A stretch of 64,000 nucleotides of DNA from Ptychomitrium polyphyllum. Taxonomy: Eukaryota. The DNA is taken from positions 14,694,001-14,758,000 of the forward strand of contig OZ316776.1 in assembly GCA_973851085.1 (NCBI GenBank), written 5' to 3'. The position numbers and the translations under genes are program-made. The first letter of the stretch is position 1, and every line of letters begins with the position of its first letter. Below the pieces are notes generated by a model. It was not told where the DNA came from and made no database searches. It saw only the letters and a list, made by a program, of their open reading frames with translations. Shown here in pieces: positions 52,793-64,000 of the stretch.

Positions 52793-54067
52793 ATGGCAAG
52801 TTCGCAATTGGAGAGGAGTGCGTCGAGTGTTCGGGAGAGCATGGCGGCCTTTCAGCGGTCTGCTTCTTCCGTGAAGCTAGATTTAGCTGCAACACCCATT
52901 CTGCCGCGGACGAGTTCCCTGATAAATGCTGAGGCGAAGCTGAAGGCTTCCCCGTCGATGTCGACTAAGGACGTCAACGCGCTTCTAGGAACCTCTAACT
53001 CGGCCATTAGGAGCCGTAACATCGTGATCGGGCTGTTGTCTACTCTTTTAATTCTTGCTGTTTCTTGGCAAACATTTGCACCAGACGCCGTCCCTGCATA
53101 TGAAACCGCGATAATTAGCTCCAAATGGTCACACGGAGGCTGGGCGATGCCATACAAGGAGTTTGTACAGAAGAAATTGGTGGGCGCACAGAAGTTCCTC
53201 GTCCAAAACCCGACCATCGACCTCAAGTACCATGGTGGACCGCTGCTGACGGGCACTATTAAAGTGCACACAATATTCTACGGCTCCTGGACGGCAAATC
53301 AGAAAGCAATCCTCACAGACTTTATCAAGTCTTTCGCTGCTCCTAAACCGACCAAAGGCTTCCCAACCGTGGCAGGGTGGTGGAGCATAACCAAGAATTT
53401 CAAGGACAAGAAGAACACGCCCGTGGCGCAGAGTGTGGTGCTCGGCAAGGTCATCGACGACAAGTACAGCTTCAAGAAGAACCTCAAGGAGTCGGACATC
53501 GAGGCGGTGGTTGCGAAGTCTCTCAAGGCCATCGACCCCAAGTTCGTCGACCCGACAGCAGTGTACTTAGTGCTCACCTCCGCGGACGTTAACGTACAAG
53601 GCTTCTGCAGCTCCTTATGCGGCACGCACTCGTACACTCGCTCGCCCGCGACCCAACACAAGGTGCTTCCTTTTGTCTGGGTAGGTAACCCCGCCAAGAC
53701 TTGCCCGGGTCACTGCGCTTGGCCGTACGCGAAGGCAGAGTATGGCGCAGGTCCCAACACTCCTCCATTGAAAGCTCCGAACGGCGATGTGGGCGTCGAC
53801 GGCATGTGCATCACGATCGCCAGCATGATCGCCGGTGCGGCGACCAACACTCGTGACAACGGATACTATCAAGGGGTCGCTTTCGACGGTTACGAAGCTG
53901 TGGCGGTCTGCGGCGGCATTTATGGCGACGGCGCTTACCCTGGCTATCCCGGCAAGCTGCTCAAGACGAAGGACGGCGCGAGCTACAACTTGAACGGCGT
54001 CAACGGGAAGAAATTCCTGGTTCCATTCATCTTCAACCCCTCCACGAAGAAGTGTGCTTTGCAGTAA
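52793..54067 (+). CDS. EXORDIUM/PHI-1 (phosphate-responsive 1) family protein, intronless, 424 aa
   Basis: LKYHGGPLL, IFYGSWT..QKAIL.DFI.S, PTVAGWW, YLVLTSADV.VQGFC...CGTH, WVGNP...CPG.CAWP, APNGDVGVDGM, CGGIYG.GAYPGYPG, GASYN..GVNGKKFL.P. Confidence 0.95.
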   Translation: MASSQLERSASSVRESMAAFQRSASSVKLDLAATPILPRTSSLINAEAKLKASPSMSTKDVNALLGTSNSAIRSRNIVIGLLSTLLILAVSWQTFAPDAVPAYETAIISSKWSHGGWAMPYKEFVQKKLVGAQKFLVQNPTIDLKYHGGPLLTGTIKVHTIFYGSWTANQKAILTDFIKSFAAPKPTKGFPTVAGWWSITKNFKDKKNTPVAQSVVLGKVIDDKYSFKKNLKESDIEAVVAKSLKAIDPKFVDPTAVYLVLTSADVNVQGFCSSLCGTHSYTRSPATQHKVLPFVWVGNPAKTCPGHCAWPYAKAEYGAGPNTPPLKAPNGDVGVDGMCITIASMIAGAATNTRDNGYYQGVAFDGYEAVAVCGGIYGDGAYPGYPGKLLKTKDGASYNLNGVNGKKFLVPFIFNPSTKKCALQ

Positions 54068-57000
54068 GGTAGTGTGTGATCTATGTGGCTGTGGTCGGTG
54101 AGGTTTCGGTCACAGCTTGTGAACATCAATCGATTCATCTTGGTTGACATATGAGCTGCTGACTGCCCTCAAGAAGGAGGCGTCTATGGCCGCCGATGCA
54201 ACGCAAGCAGTAAACTGAATTCAGTTCTAGATAGAGATGATTATTTATGTTCAATCACGAGTGGGTCGAACCAGAACGACGGTGCGATTCAGTTTTGTGG
54301 AGCTTTCAGGTTCTTTGAATAATGAGTAGGAACAGTTTCGTGCGTTAATAGAGTGCGTAAATTGCCTGAATAATTATCAAGTCATTTTTTAACTTCAAGA
54401 TGGTATTGTCTGGTTAACTGCCGAGTAGGTGGCTTGACTTGAAACGGGGGAGTGTAGATCTCTACCTGTTTATTTGATGTGAATTCATCTGAGTAATTGA
54501 TGCCAATCATTTGATGTGAGAATATGGTTTTACAAGATTCTTGAACCGGTAATAGAAGCGAATTTCTCTGTGCACGCCTGCTCTTTAGTATTTGCTTTGA
54601 AAGTGTATTTGTAAGCAGCTCCTCACATTTGTGTGGAAACTGCTGGCATTTGACATCTTGAATTTAACACATTTGCTGCACCTCTGTATCCACATAATGG
54701 TGATGCAGACTATTTGGCTGCAAGGCATTGGAGAAGGATCTTTATTCTTTTTCATAACTTAGGGCCTTTCATAGCTATGAAGATAGAATTGGTACCAAAA
54801 TTGACCTCAAATTAGCAATATGTTCTTTAAGGAAGTGTCAAAAAAAATTTATGCACTTCAAGTAAGTAGGTTTTTGGTTCTAGTCTCATGATTTGTTCTA
54901 AATTGGTCTGCATGAACTTTATTGAAGAGGTTGTAGGTGGATAAAATCCACCCACCAAATCTACTTCATTTTTTTTATTGTTGTTTCTAGTTTAGAATTC
55001 ATGAGTTGTTAAATTAAAAGCCATGGCAATAATTACTTTGGAATGATTTTTGTATTTATTATGTAATCAAAATGAACTTTTGATGGATAGATACCTCCCT
55101 TGCCATGATTCTTTAGATAATTATTTATTATTATTTTCCATAACTAAGGATTCATTTCAATTACCTTATTATATTACATTATTATATCAATGTAATGTAT
55201 TATTTGGTATTAAGTTCAATAAGAAATTAAGCACTTTCTTCATAATGTATGTTGAAAGAAATGAGTTTTGACTATTTTAATCAAAAAGAACTTATTTCTC
55301 TTTGTTTTATTAAATAGAACATTCTTTATAAAATAAAGCAATCCACCTTCATTTTAGAAAGTAAATTAATCCTTACAAAATTATTAAAAGATATAAAAGT
55401 TATCTATTAATTCATATTGAAAGCAAAAGATAAAAATGATATGATATAATTATACATTTGACAATTACATCTAATTTCATTAAATACTTGCAATTTTTAA
55501 TTACATAATATAACTTTGATTGTCAAAAAAATCATGATATTTTCAATAAATTAAGAATTGTGGAAGTTCAAAGATCTTCCTTAAAAAGCCCTTCTATTGC
55601 ATGAATGACCAATTCTTGAATACATATGAGTTGAATTCAAAGTGTGTTATTCTAAATAATTCTTTTAATATAGCAACTGCAGAAAGAGGTTGCACAAAAA
55701 ACACTTCCAATCTTATGATTAAAATAGTTGAAAATCTTGAAGATTATCAAATAATTGTTTTAAATATTCTAGATCTTGTGCAAAAAATATGATTCTAATA
55801 AGCAAAGATTCTTTATACATGCATATCCAATTAAACTTATTTATTACTATGGAGCAAGTTAAAATGACCATAAACAACAAGATAATCATAACTACATGAA
55901 AACTAAGCAATATTGTCAAAATGACTAAGGTAGCAATTTACCTTGTATGAGTATTTTGAGTGTTGTAAACTTCATTGGCATTTTTAGAGTACACACGACA
56001 TATACAAGATTGTAATGAAAAGTCAATGAAGTCTTAAATGCCCTAGGATATTGATTCTATCCAATCTCTAGCAAGGTAGTAGCTAGAAGAACTCTATACA
56101 ATCATTTTTTTTATCAAAAATTTATAATGCTATACCAAGGCATATATTGCTTTACTAATTTTTGATATATGACAACTGATAAAAATAATTGTCTATTAGA
56201 CAACTCTATGATAACAACTGGTAGAGGTTTATATAACAAATGTAAGGCAATAGACTAAACAATAATAAGAAATTATTATGCGTATATAAATAAATAATTA
56301 TGTTGAAAACATGAATGATTTAATTCATGATATTAATGAGACATAATAAAGATCATTCTACAACTTGTGTTGGCAAGATTATGGTGCATCTTATCTTGCT
56401 TCATATTTATACTATTACATCATATTACAAAATAATTTTTTTTTTATAATACCATAAAATAATAGTTCTTTTATTTTGTTATAAGATAAAAATTGTAGGA
56501 AACTTTCAATAAAAGGCTTTTGCATCTATAGGAGATTGTTGGATTTTTGGATAATATTGGATATATGAACGGTGCTTAAATTTTAAAAAGGTTCTTTAAT
56601 CTATATTTGAAATTTGTGTATTTGTATCATCATTTAGTGTTTTAACAATGAATTCCGTTATCAAAGATTTATTTGGAAACTAATATATTGGTTGTTAGCA
56701 TCTGTATGGTATTTTCTATAATATTCTACTGATAACGTTGTTTATATAGCTATCTTTTATGAAATTCTTAAATCTTCATTGATGCGTTGATGACTTTGAA
56801 TGAAGGCTTCCATATTTATTTGCTAATGTTTGTTTGCTAATGTTATAATCCTTCTAATGGATTGAATATATTAAATGTTCATTTTTTAATTGTAGATCAA
56901 GGATAATTTTCTCATATTATTATGAAGGAAAAGTTATAAAAAACCTTCAATGGAAGATTCTTGGATTTAAGAACAATTCTTGTATCTTTGAGTAATATTA

Positions 57001-57884
57001 GATATACTAAAGGTATTAGGGACATAAGAAACAAGAAGCAGCAACAAAATGTTTCCCAAGAATTAGCTTTCTTAAAAATAATGATTAACAAAAACTAATA
57101 CAAATATTAGAACAAGGTAGGATACAATATAATCCACAATATGTCTTAGCAAGACTAAAAAATACCTTGTCTTGCCTCCTATATATACTATGACTCTTGT
57201 ATTTCCTAAGATACTTCTAAAGAAGCTTTCTACAAGGTTTAAGAATGTTTTAGAAGTCTATGGAATTTTCCTTGGATTTTTTTCAAAATGTTGGAACCTT
57301 CCTAAGAAGTTTCCAAGGAATTAGAACCTTAATTGGAAATTTTCTAAGGTGGTGGCACCTTCCTAAGAAGTTTCTTAAGGTGGTGAAACTTTTCTACAAA
57401 ATTTTCTAAGGACGTGGAAACGGCTATGGAGACATTGAAAGTATTCTAAGAAGCTATTATGATATACCAGAAGGTTCTAAAGACTATATTGCATGATTTA
57501 TATTCGTGACATCACCTCTTCTTTCAGCAATGAGTTCCATGAAGAGCTCTTCTTGTGGCTTGTTTGTTACATCTCCACAAATTTCAAAATTTGTTAAAGA
57601 AGAGAAGCAACATATTGTGCTTGTTATTTTCTGCCCAGTGGTTCAACTGGTCCTTGCTAATGGCCACTGGCCAAGAGTTCTATTGTTGAAATATTCTAGT
57701 CAAAGATTTGATCTTGATTAAGTCTTTCAAAACATCCTTCAAATAGGATCTTTGGTCTTCTAAGAATGAATCTTCCAATTTCTAACAAAATGACTAAAGC
57801 TCAAGCATTTGAATCAAGACTAGAATGTGAAGCGTGACTAGCCAATATTTTTGCACAAGGTTGGACTTAACGTTGGAATGTCTC

Positions 57885-59580
57885 TGTTGTGCACCTCTCC
57901 CTCAGAAGTGCCCGCAACATTAAGGACACAAAGGGGACCCCGGAGTGACATCCGGGACTTGTGGTGCCGATAGTGAAGTGGCCCGAGTAGGCCTAGCGTG
58001 GGTAGGATTTCGAGGAGGAGAAACATCCTTGCCCATGTGGACCAAGGGCCACAAGGGAGAAATTGTAGGCATTGGAAGACTCATGACGTGTTGATTCTAG
58101 AATACTAAAGATTGCTCAAATCGAACAAGAGAGCTAAAAGATATGGCATCCCAAAGTTGAGGCTGCCAAGGGGCTGTTCTGGATTGTGGCAGCCATAGAC
58201 AGTGACTGTTAGGGACACAAGAAACAAGAAGCAGAAACAAAGTATTTTCCAAGAATTAGCTTCCAAAGAGCTAATGATTAACAAGAACTTCATACAAAGA
58301 CTAGAACAAGGCAGGATTCAAGATGATCCACAACTTGTATTGGCAAGACTAAGGAATACCTTGTCTTGCCTCCTATTTATACTATGACGTTTGTATTTCG
58401 TAGGATACTTCTAAAGAAGCTTTCTACAAGGTTTAAGAATGTTCTGGAAGTCCAGGGAACCTTCCCAAGAAGTTTCCTAAAATATTGGAACCTTCCTAAG
58501 AGGCTTTCAAGGAGTTGAAACCTTCCTTGGAAGTTTCCTAAGGTAGCGGAACCTTCTTAGGAAGTTTCTTAAAGAGGTAAAACCTTCCTAGGAAGTTTCC
58601 TAAGGTGGAGGAACTTTCCTAGGAAGCTTCTTAAAAATACGAAAATGCTATAGAGACATCTAAAAGTATTCTAAGAAATTATTTTAGTATACTAGAAGGT
58701 TCTAGAATGTTCTAAGGACTATGTTGTATGATCTATGTCTGTGACAGTGACTGTAATGGACTGGGACAGTGCAGGGAGGGACTCCTCGGGAGTTTTAAAC
58801 TTTGGGAGAGACATATCTCCCAGCTTAATAAGTCAAATTGGACGTTTGAAGAGTCTATCAACATCTACGCAAAGAGTAGATGATGATAGAGTGGTTGCTT
58901 GATAGATTCGGACACTACATGTGAAAAATATGGCTCCCTGAAGGTCAGTAGGAAGTCTCGGAGGCTTCCAGCGGCTAAGCTCCAAGGGAGATCGGGTGGT
59001 CTTCCAAAGTTTTGGTGTGTCGGGGTTAAACCAGCTACAGAGGGTACTATAAAGGAGGGCCTGCCAAATCCCACAGAGAGTACTATAGGGGAAGGTTGGT
59101 TCCTCTCCCCACCTCCCTAGTGTCTTGGTAGGAACCAACGGTGAGTCCCAATTGGTGGAACTAGTGTTGGGGCTTTACCACGGGGACTCCCACACCATTG
59201 TGAACCGGTGGATGACCAGTTTCACAAAAGAAACTAGTGAGATTAAAAAGGCACGCTTGTTACCACTAAGTTGAGGTGGTGTCTTTACGCTGGCACCATG
59301 ATGGCCCGGGGTGATGTGAGGATCACATGGGGATCATAAGTGGTGGTGAGGAGACACCAGTAAGTGCGGTTAGGCCGTGTGAAATGGGAATAACACCAAG
59401 TGAAGCCTTTGGCATGAATGGAAGTCTGCACCTAACTATTGATTACCAATAAATTGGGTGTCTTGAGAGAAATTATGGAAAGACTTGGAGAGTGAGCTTG
59501 GGGGTTAACCATGTGCATGTAGGGATGTACAAGGTTAACGCGCGTGACGTTTGTTAAAGTGCATTACAAAGGTTGCGACA
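57885..59580. mobile_element. Family B solo LTR, interrupted by a family A solo LTR
   Basis: TGTTG...GCGACA termini; GTCTC/GTTTC TSD (1 mismatch). Confidence 0.85.
58207..58746 (-). mobile_element. Family A solo LTR (540 bp)
   Basis: TGTTAGGG...GTGACA termini; perfect GTGAC TSD (58202-58206, 58747-58751). Confidence 0.93.
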
Positions 59581-60235
59581 GTTTCTCTCATACTTTGGCT
59601 TAAAGCCTTGATTACTAAAAGTTGAGATAGTTAAGTTGGTTCAAGAAGTGTTGCTATTGAAGAAGGTATGCTGACTGCTCTTCAGGCATATCCATGATAA
59701 CACAAAGATTTGACATACTAGCTAAGATTTGAAGATGACTTATCTTGGAAGTATTGCCACATACAATTGGAGGTTTAAATATCTCTCTTCCCTTCTAATA
59801 CTTGTTTATGGAAAAAACTTCTTTGTAAAGCTAACAACTACTAATAATATATCATTATTGACCTAATTTTTGTGGAAATCTTCATAAAATTTGCATACCA
59901 TGTCAGCTGCATTTGATATCTTCATTGAAAGTTCCCATATCTGGTCATTGATGCCATATCCTTGCCAATGTATAAGGTATGTAAAACTTCCTTTTTTGAT
60001 GCATGAATTTAAGATCTCTTCAATTTCATACTCCATTTCATTATTGATTTCCATCAGAGGAGGGGGAAAGACGATCCCCTCAAATATACGCAACTTAGTA
60101 TAGGCTTCTAATAACAATATGTGGAATATTAGATGAATTTGCAAGGTTGGTGATAATTTGAGGCGATAACTGACAAGATTTTTCTTATTTTTGATTTCAA
60201 ACGGTCTTAGCCTTTGATTGTTAAACTTCTTAGAT

Positions 60236-61415
60236 TGTTGCGCACCTCTCCTTGAAGAGTGCTCACAACACTAAGGGCACAAGTGGGACCTCGGAGTGAC
60301 GTCCGGGACTTGTGGCGCCAATAGTGAGGAGAACCAAGTGAGCCTAGCTTGGAAAGGACCCTAGGGGGAGAAACATCCTTACCCATGTAGACCAAGGGCC
60401 ATGAGAAATAAATCATAGACATTGGAGGAATCACAAAGAGCTGATTCTAGAATGCTAAAGATTGCTCAAATCGGACAAGGGAGCTAAAAATTATGGCATC
60501 CCAAAGTTGGGGTCGCCAAGGGGCTGTTTTGGACTGTGGCAGCCCTACACAGTGACTGTACAGGATTGGGACAGTCCAGAGGGGGGACTCCCCGGGAGTC
60601 CCGAACCTTAGGAGAGGCATATCTCCCAGACTACTAACTGAAATCGGACGTTTAATGAGTCTATCGGCATCTACGCAAAGAGTAGATGACAATAGAGTGG
60701 TTGATCAATACACTTGGGCACTGGACAAGGAAGATATGGCTCCCTAAAGGTTCGCAGGGAGTTTCGGAGCCTTCCAGCGGCTAAGTCCCAAGGGAGATTG
60801 GATGGTCTTCCAAAACTTTAGGTGTGTCGGGGTTCAGCCAGCTACAAAGGGCCAGGGGGCCTGCCGAATCCCACAGAGAGTACTATAGGGGAGGGGGAAG
60901 GGGTGGTCCCCCTCCTTATTCCCCTAGTGTCTCGGTAGGAACCAAGGGTGAGTCCTGGTTGGTGGAGCTAGTGTTGGGGCTTCACCATGGGAACTCCCAT
61001 ACCATTGTAAGCCGGTGGATGGCTGGTTTCACGGAGGGAACTAGCACATTCAAAAGGGCCCATTCAAAAGGGCACATTCAAAAAGGCACGCTTGTTACCA
61101 CTAAGTCGGGGTGGTGTCTTCATGCCGGCACCATGATGGCCCGGGGTGATCTTAGGATCGCATGGAGATCATAAGTGGTGGTGAGGAGACAACACTAAGT
61201 GCGGTTAGGCTGTGTGGAATGGGAGTAACACCAAGTGAAGCCTTGGATATGAATGGAAGTCCGCACCTAACCAGTGGCTACCAATCAATTAGGTGTCTTA
61301 AGAGAAATGGTAGAAGGACTTGGAGAGTGAGAATGGGAGTTAACCATGTGCATGTGGGGGTGTACAGGGTTGACGCGCGTGACGTTTGCTAAGGTATTTT
61401 ACAAGGGTTGTGACA
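60236..61415. mobile_element. Family B solo LTR (1180 bp)
   Basis: TGTTGCG...GTGACA termini; perfect TAGAT TSD inside integrase. Confidence 0.9.
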
Positions 61416-62225
61416 TAGATAGTCTTTTTGTTTTCTATATTTTATTGTAGGATCCATACGCTACCTCCAATCTTGAATTTTGGATGGTCTTTTTGATGAC
61501 AGTCTGCATAAGTTTATAACAACCTAGATCTTGTTGTAATTGGAAAGCAAGTTCTTGATGGATTTTATTAACTTGAGTTGCAAAATCCTCTACTGCAAGA
61601 CTTCCAACATATTTGATTTGAAACGGGTTTGCTAAAGGATGATAGTTGTAATTTGCAAAGAATGAATTTTGAGTTGTTGAAAAATGCATTGTATTTTTGT
61701 AAGCAAGCTTTGCCAAAGGCAAGAGGTCCATCTAACTGTCTTGCTGGTAGTTTATGCTGCAATAAAGATATTGCTCCAAAATTTGATTCACGTGTTTGAT
61801 TTGACCATCAATCTACGGATGGTGTACTAAAAAAAGGTTTATTTTCATGCGCAATAATTAGAAGAGAGTTGTCAAAAGGTTGGAAATAAACAGCGACTCT
61901 TGATCGAATACAATATCATTTAGCAGTCCATATATGCGGTAGATGTGATTTAAGAACAACTTGGCAGATTCTTCTCCCATTACCATCTTGTTGTATGGAA
62001 TGAAATGTGCCATCTTAGTAAACCAATCCACCACTACCAAAATATAATCTTTGGAATTGAAGTATGGAAGGTCTGTGATAAAATCCATTGACAATGACAA
62101 CCATGCATCTTTTGGTACTAGAAGTGGATAGAGGAGGCTCTGAAGTTGGTGTCATGGAACCTTACTCTTGCCCAAATGTTGCATGATCAAATAAAGTCCT
62201 TCACGTATTTCAACATTTGTGGCTT

Positions 62226-63764
62226 TTAAGGACAATATAACTACAAGACAAGGTTTCATGATTCCAAGATGTGGATCAAGATATAATCAAGGTATATTAG
62301 AGGTAATGAGCTCTGATAAGGTATAAAGACAAGGCCAAAAGGTTTGAGTTAGACCATAAAAGATGCTCTATTGAGTTTGAAGATCCCTTCATCTTTGACT
62401 TCTATATATATTAAAACTACAAGCTTTGGAAGCTTCTTGGAAAGCTTCTTGGAAAGAGTCTACTACATTGCTTCATACTCAAGCAACCTTGAGTTGTATC
62501 CTTGGAAGCTTCCTTAGTAGAAGTAACTTCCTTGGAAGTTTTCTAAATCTTCTAAGAACCTTGTTAGATGCTTCTATTATATATGTCCATAACATCACCT
62601 CCCCTTTTAGCTTCAAGGTCTCCAAGGAGCATATTACAATAAGTGGTCAGAATCGTAAAAAGTCAAAAATTTGTCACATGGTATCTACAACATATATTAA
62701 TTGCCTTTCTTGATTCAAATGATTCATAGGTCCTTGTAACCACCGATAGTATTCAACGCCTTCTATTTGGGATTAAGCATGTACTTTAGTATCTATGTTG
62801 TGAAAGAGTCCTTCAAAAACAGCTTCTGGATAACTTTTGTAAGCTGGCTCCACTTCAATGACAATCACCAACAATTTATTGTTGGATATCCTTTAATGTC
62901 TTCTTGATCCTAACTGTTCTTTACAAAGTCGTCAACAAGAGCCACTTGATTGGATTGACACCACTGGCATGGTATATGCATCTTGACTATTCATGTTTAA
63001 TATATCGAGGTACTCTCAAAAAGCTATAACAAACTTCAAAATTCAAATGACTAATTTCTAAATCATGTTTGGAGCTTTGGAAACTTATGATCTAAGAATT
63101 GTTTTTTCTCCTACTTAAAAGCCTAAGTATCAAGAGCCTTCAAGATTTTGCAACCCTATTGAGCGATTGTTCCATGTGCTGCCACTTTTGGTTAAGATGG
63201 ATGTTATTGTTGAAACTCACAAATTTTTACTAATGAATTGGCAAGATTATCAGCTGGCTTCCACGTATGTTCACTGATGTTATCCGCGCCAATTGACCAA
63301 ATACTTCAGCTTTCCACGTCTTATCTATGAGTCAAGCACTTCTTCTACTTTAAATTCATTATAATTGTTGATTTTAACTACAAGTAGTGATAGTTTCCTT
63401 TATCTAAAGATACTTGATTCCTTATAAGTTTCTAAAAATGAACCGTGTAAGACAGGATGCGCCTTCATTGATGTTGGTAGTTCCAAACAATATACCATGT
63501 GGTTGACTTGTTTCATTTATTGCAAATGGTCCCAAACTGCAATACTTTAGCTTGCCACATAGCCAACTAATCCTTATATTGTGTAAAAGGAGCCACACCT
63601 TTTGACCAACTTGAAATGGAAATTGGTCCTTCCTTGAGGCATCTGCTGCCGTTTTATATTGTTCTTGATCTATTTCTAGTTGAGTCTTCATGGTTGTTTA
63701 AAGCTCTGCCATCTTTGTGGTAATTTACTCTACTTTTGGATGCTCATATTGTACAGGCTGTAAC
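62226..63764 (-). mobile_element. Family C chromovirus fragment (partial LTR to 62594, PPT, ORF3 homologue, chromodomain-integrase C-terminus)
   Basis: Different LTR sequence but the same AAAAGGGGAGGTGA PPT; ORF 63422-63691 (FQVGQKVWLL...KL....LGPF). Confidence 0.8.
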
Positions 63765-64000
63765 TGTTACAGACATAGATCATACAACAAAGTCCTTAAA
63801 ACTTCATAGATCCTTCTAGTACAGCATAATAACTTCTTAGAATACTTTTAAATGTCTCCATAGCCTTTCCATGTTTATAGGAAACTTCCTAAGAAAGTTC
63901 CTCCACTTTAAGAAATTTACTAGGAAGGTTTCATCATCTTGAAAAACTCCTAGAAAAGCTCTACCACCTCAAGAAACTCCCTAGTAAGATTCTACCTCTT
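63765..64000 (+). mobile_element. Start of another family A LTR (truncated by the window end)
   Basis: TGTTACAGACATAGATCAT start followed by the TTCCTA(G/A)GAA array. Confidence 0.85.

Larger units (their letters stand above)
57014..62225 (-). mobile_element. Decayed family A element (3' LTR 57014-57511, 3' region, chromodomain-integrase) carrying nested solo LTRs
   Basis: LTR followed by PPT-side sequence; ORF fragments at 59863-60144, 61435-61731 and 61858-62100 (SMDFITDLP). Confidence 0.88.

Noticed and set aside
55601..55792. ATAERG motif resembling a hAT transposase dimerisation region
   Set aside because: Match too short in very AT-rich decayed DNA; no TIRs or other motifs found.

Overview
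Eukaryotic, repeat-dense plant DNA; the gene content and element types suggest a moss such as Physcomitrium patens (inference). Most of the window is nested, decayed Ty3/Gypsy chromovirus-type LTR retrotransposons. Family A has ~540-650 bp LTRs, family C (near the right end) is a diverged relative, and family B is a GC-rich ~1.15 kb solo LTR. Target-site duplications (TSDs) resolve the nesting. One structurally complete but stop-riddled element lies at 6248-12824. A ~5 kb near-perfect inverted repeat surrounds a 100-N assembly gap. Three host genes are supported: an 8-exon gene fusing a USP-like domain to an archaeal-type (type II) 3-dehydroquinate synthase homologue (21627-24968, +), an EB1 gene (-) and an intronless EXORDIUM/PHI-1 gene (+). 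The most notable observations are: (1) an accessory third ORF behind pol, coupled by a TGATG stop-start and conserved at protein level between two diverged element families; (2) the USP-DHQS-II fusion with degenerate motifs; (3) Tf1-like self-priming, a -1 frameshift signal and heat-shock elements in family A; (4) homogenisation and an LTR-LTR inversion among independently inserted copies.
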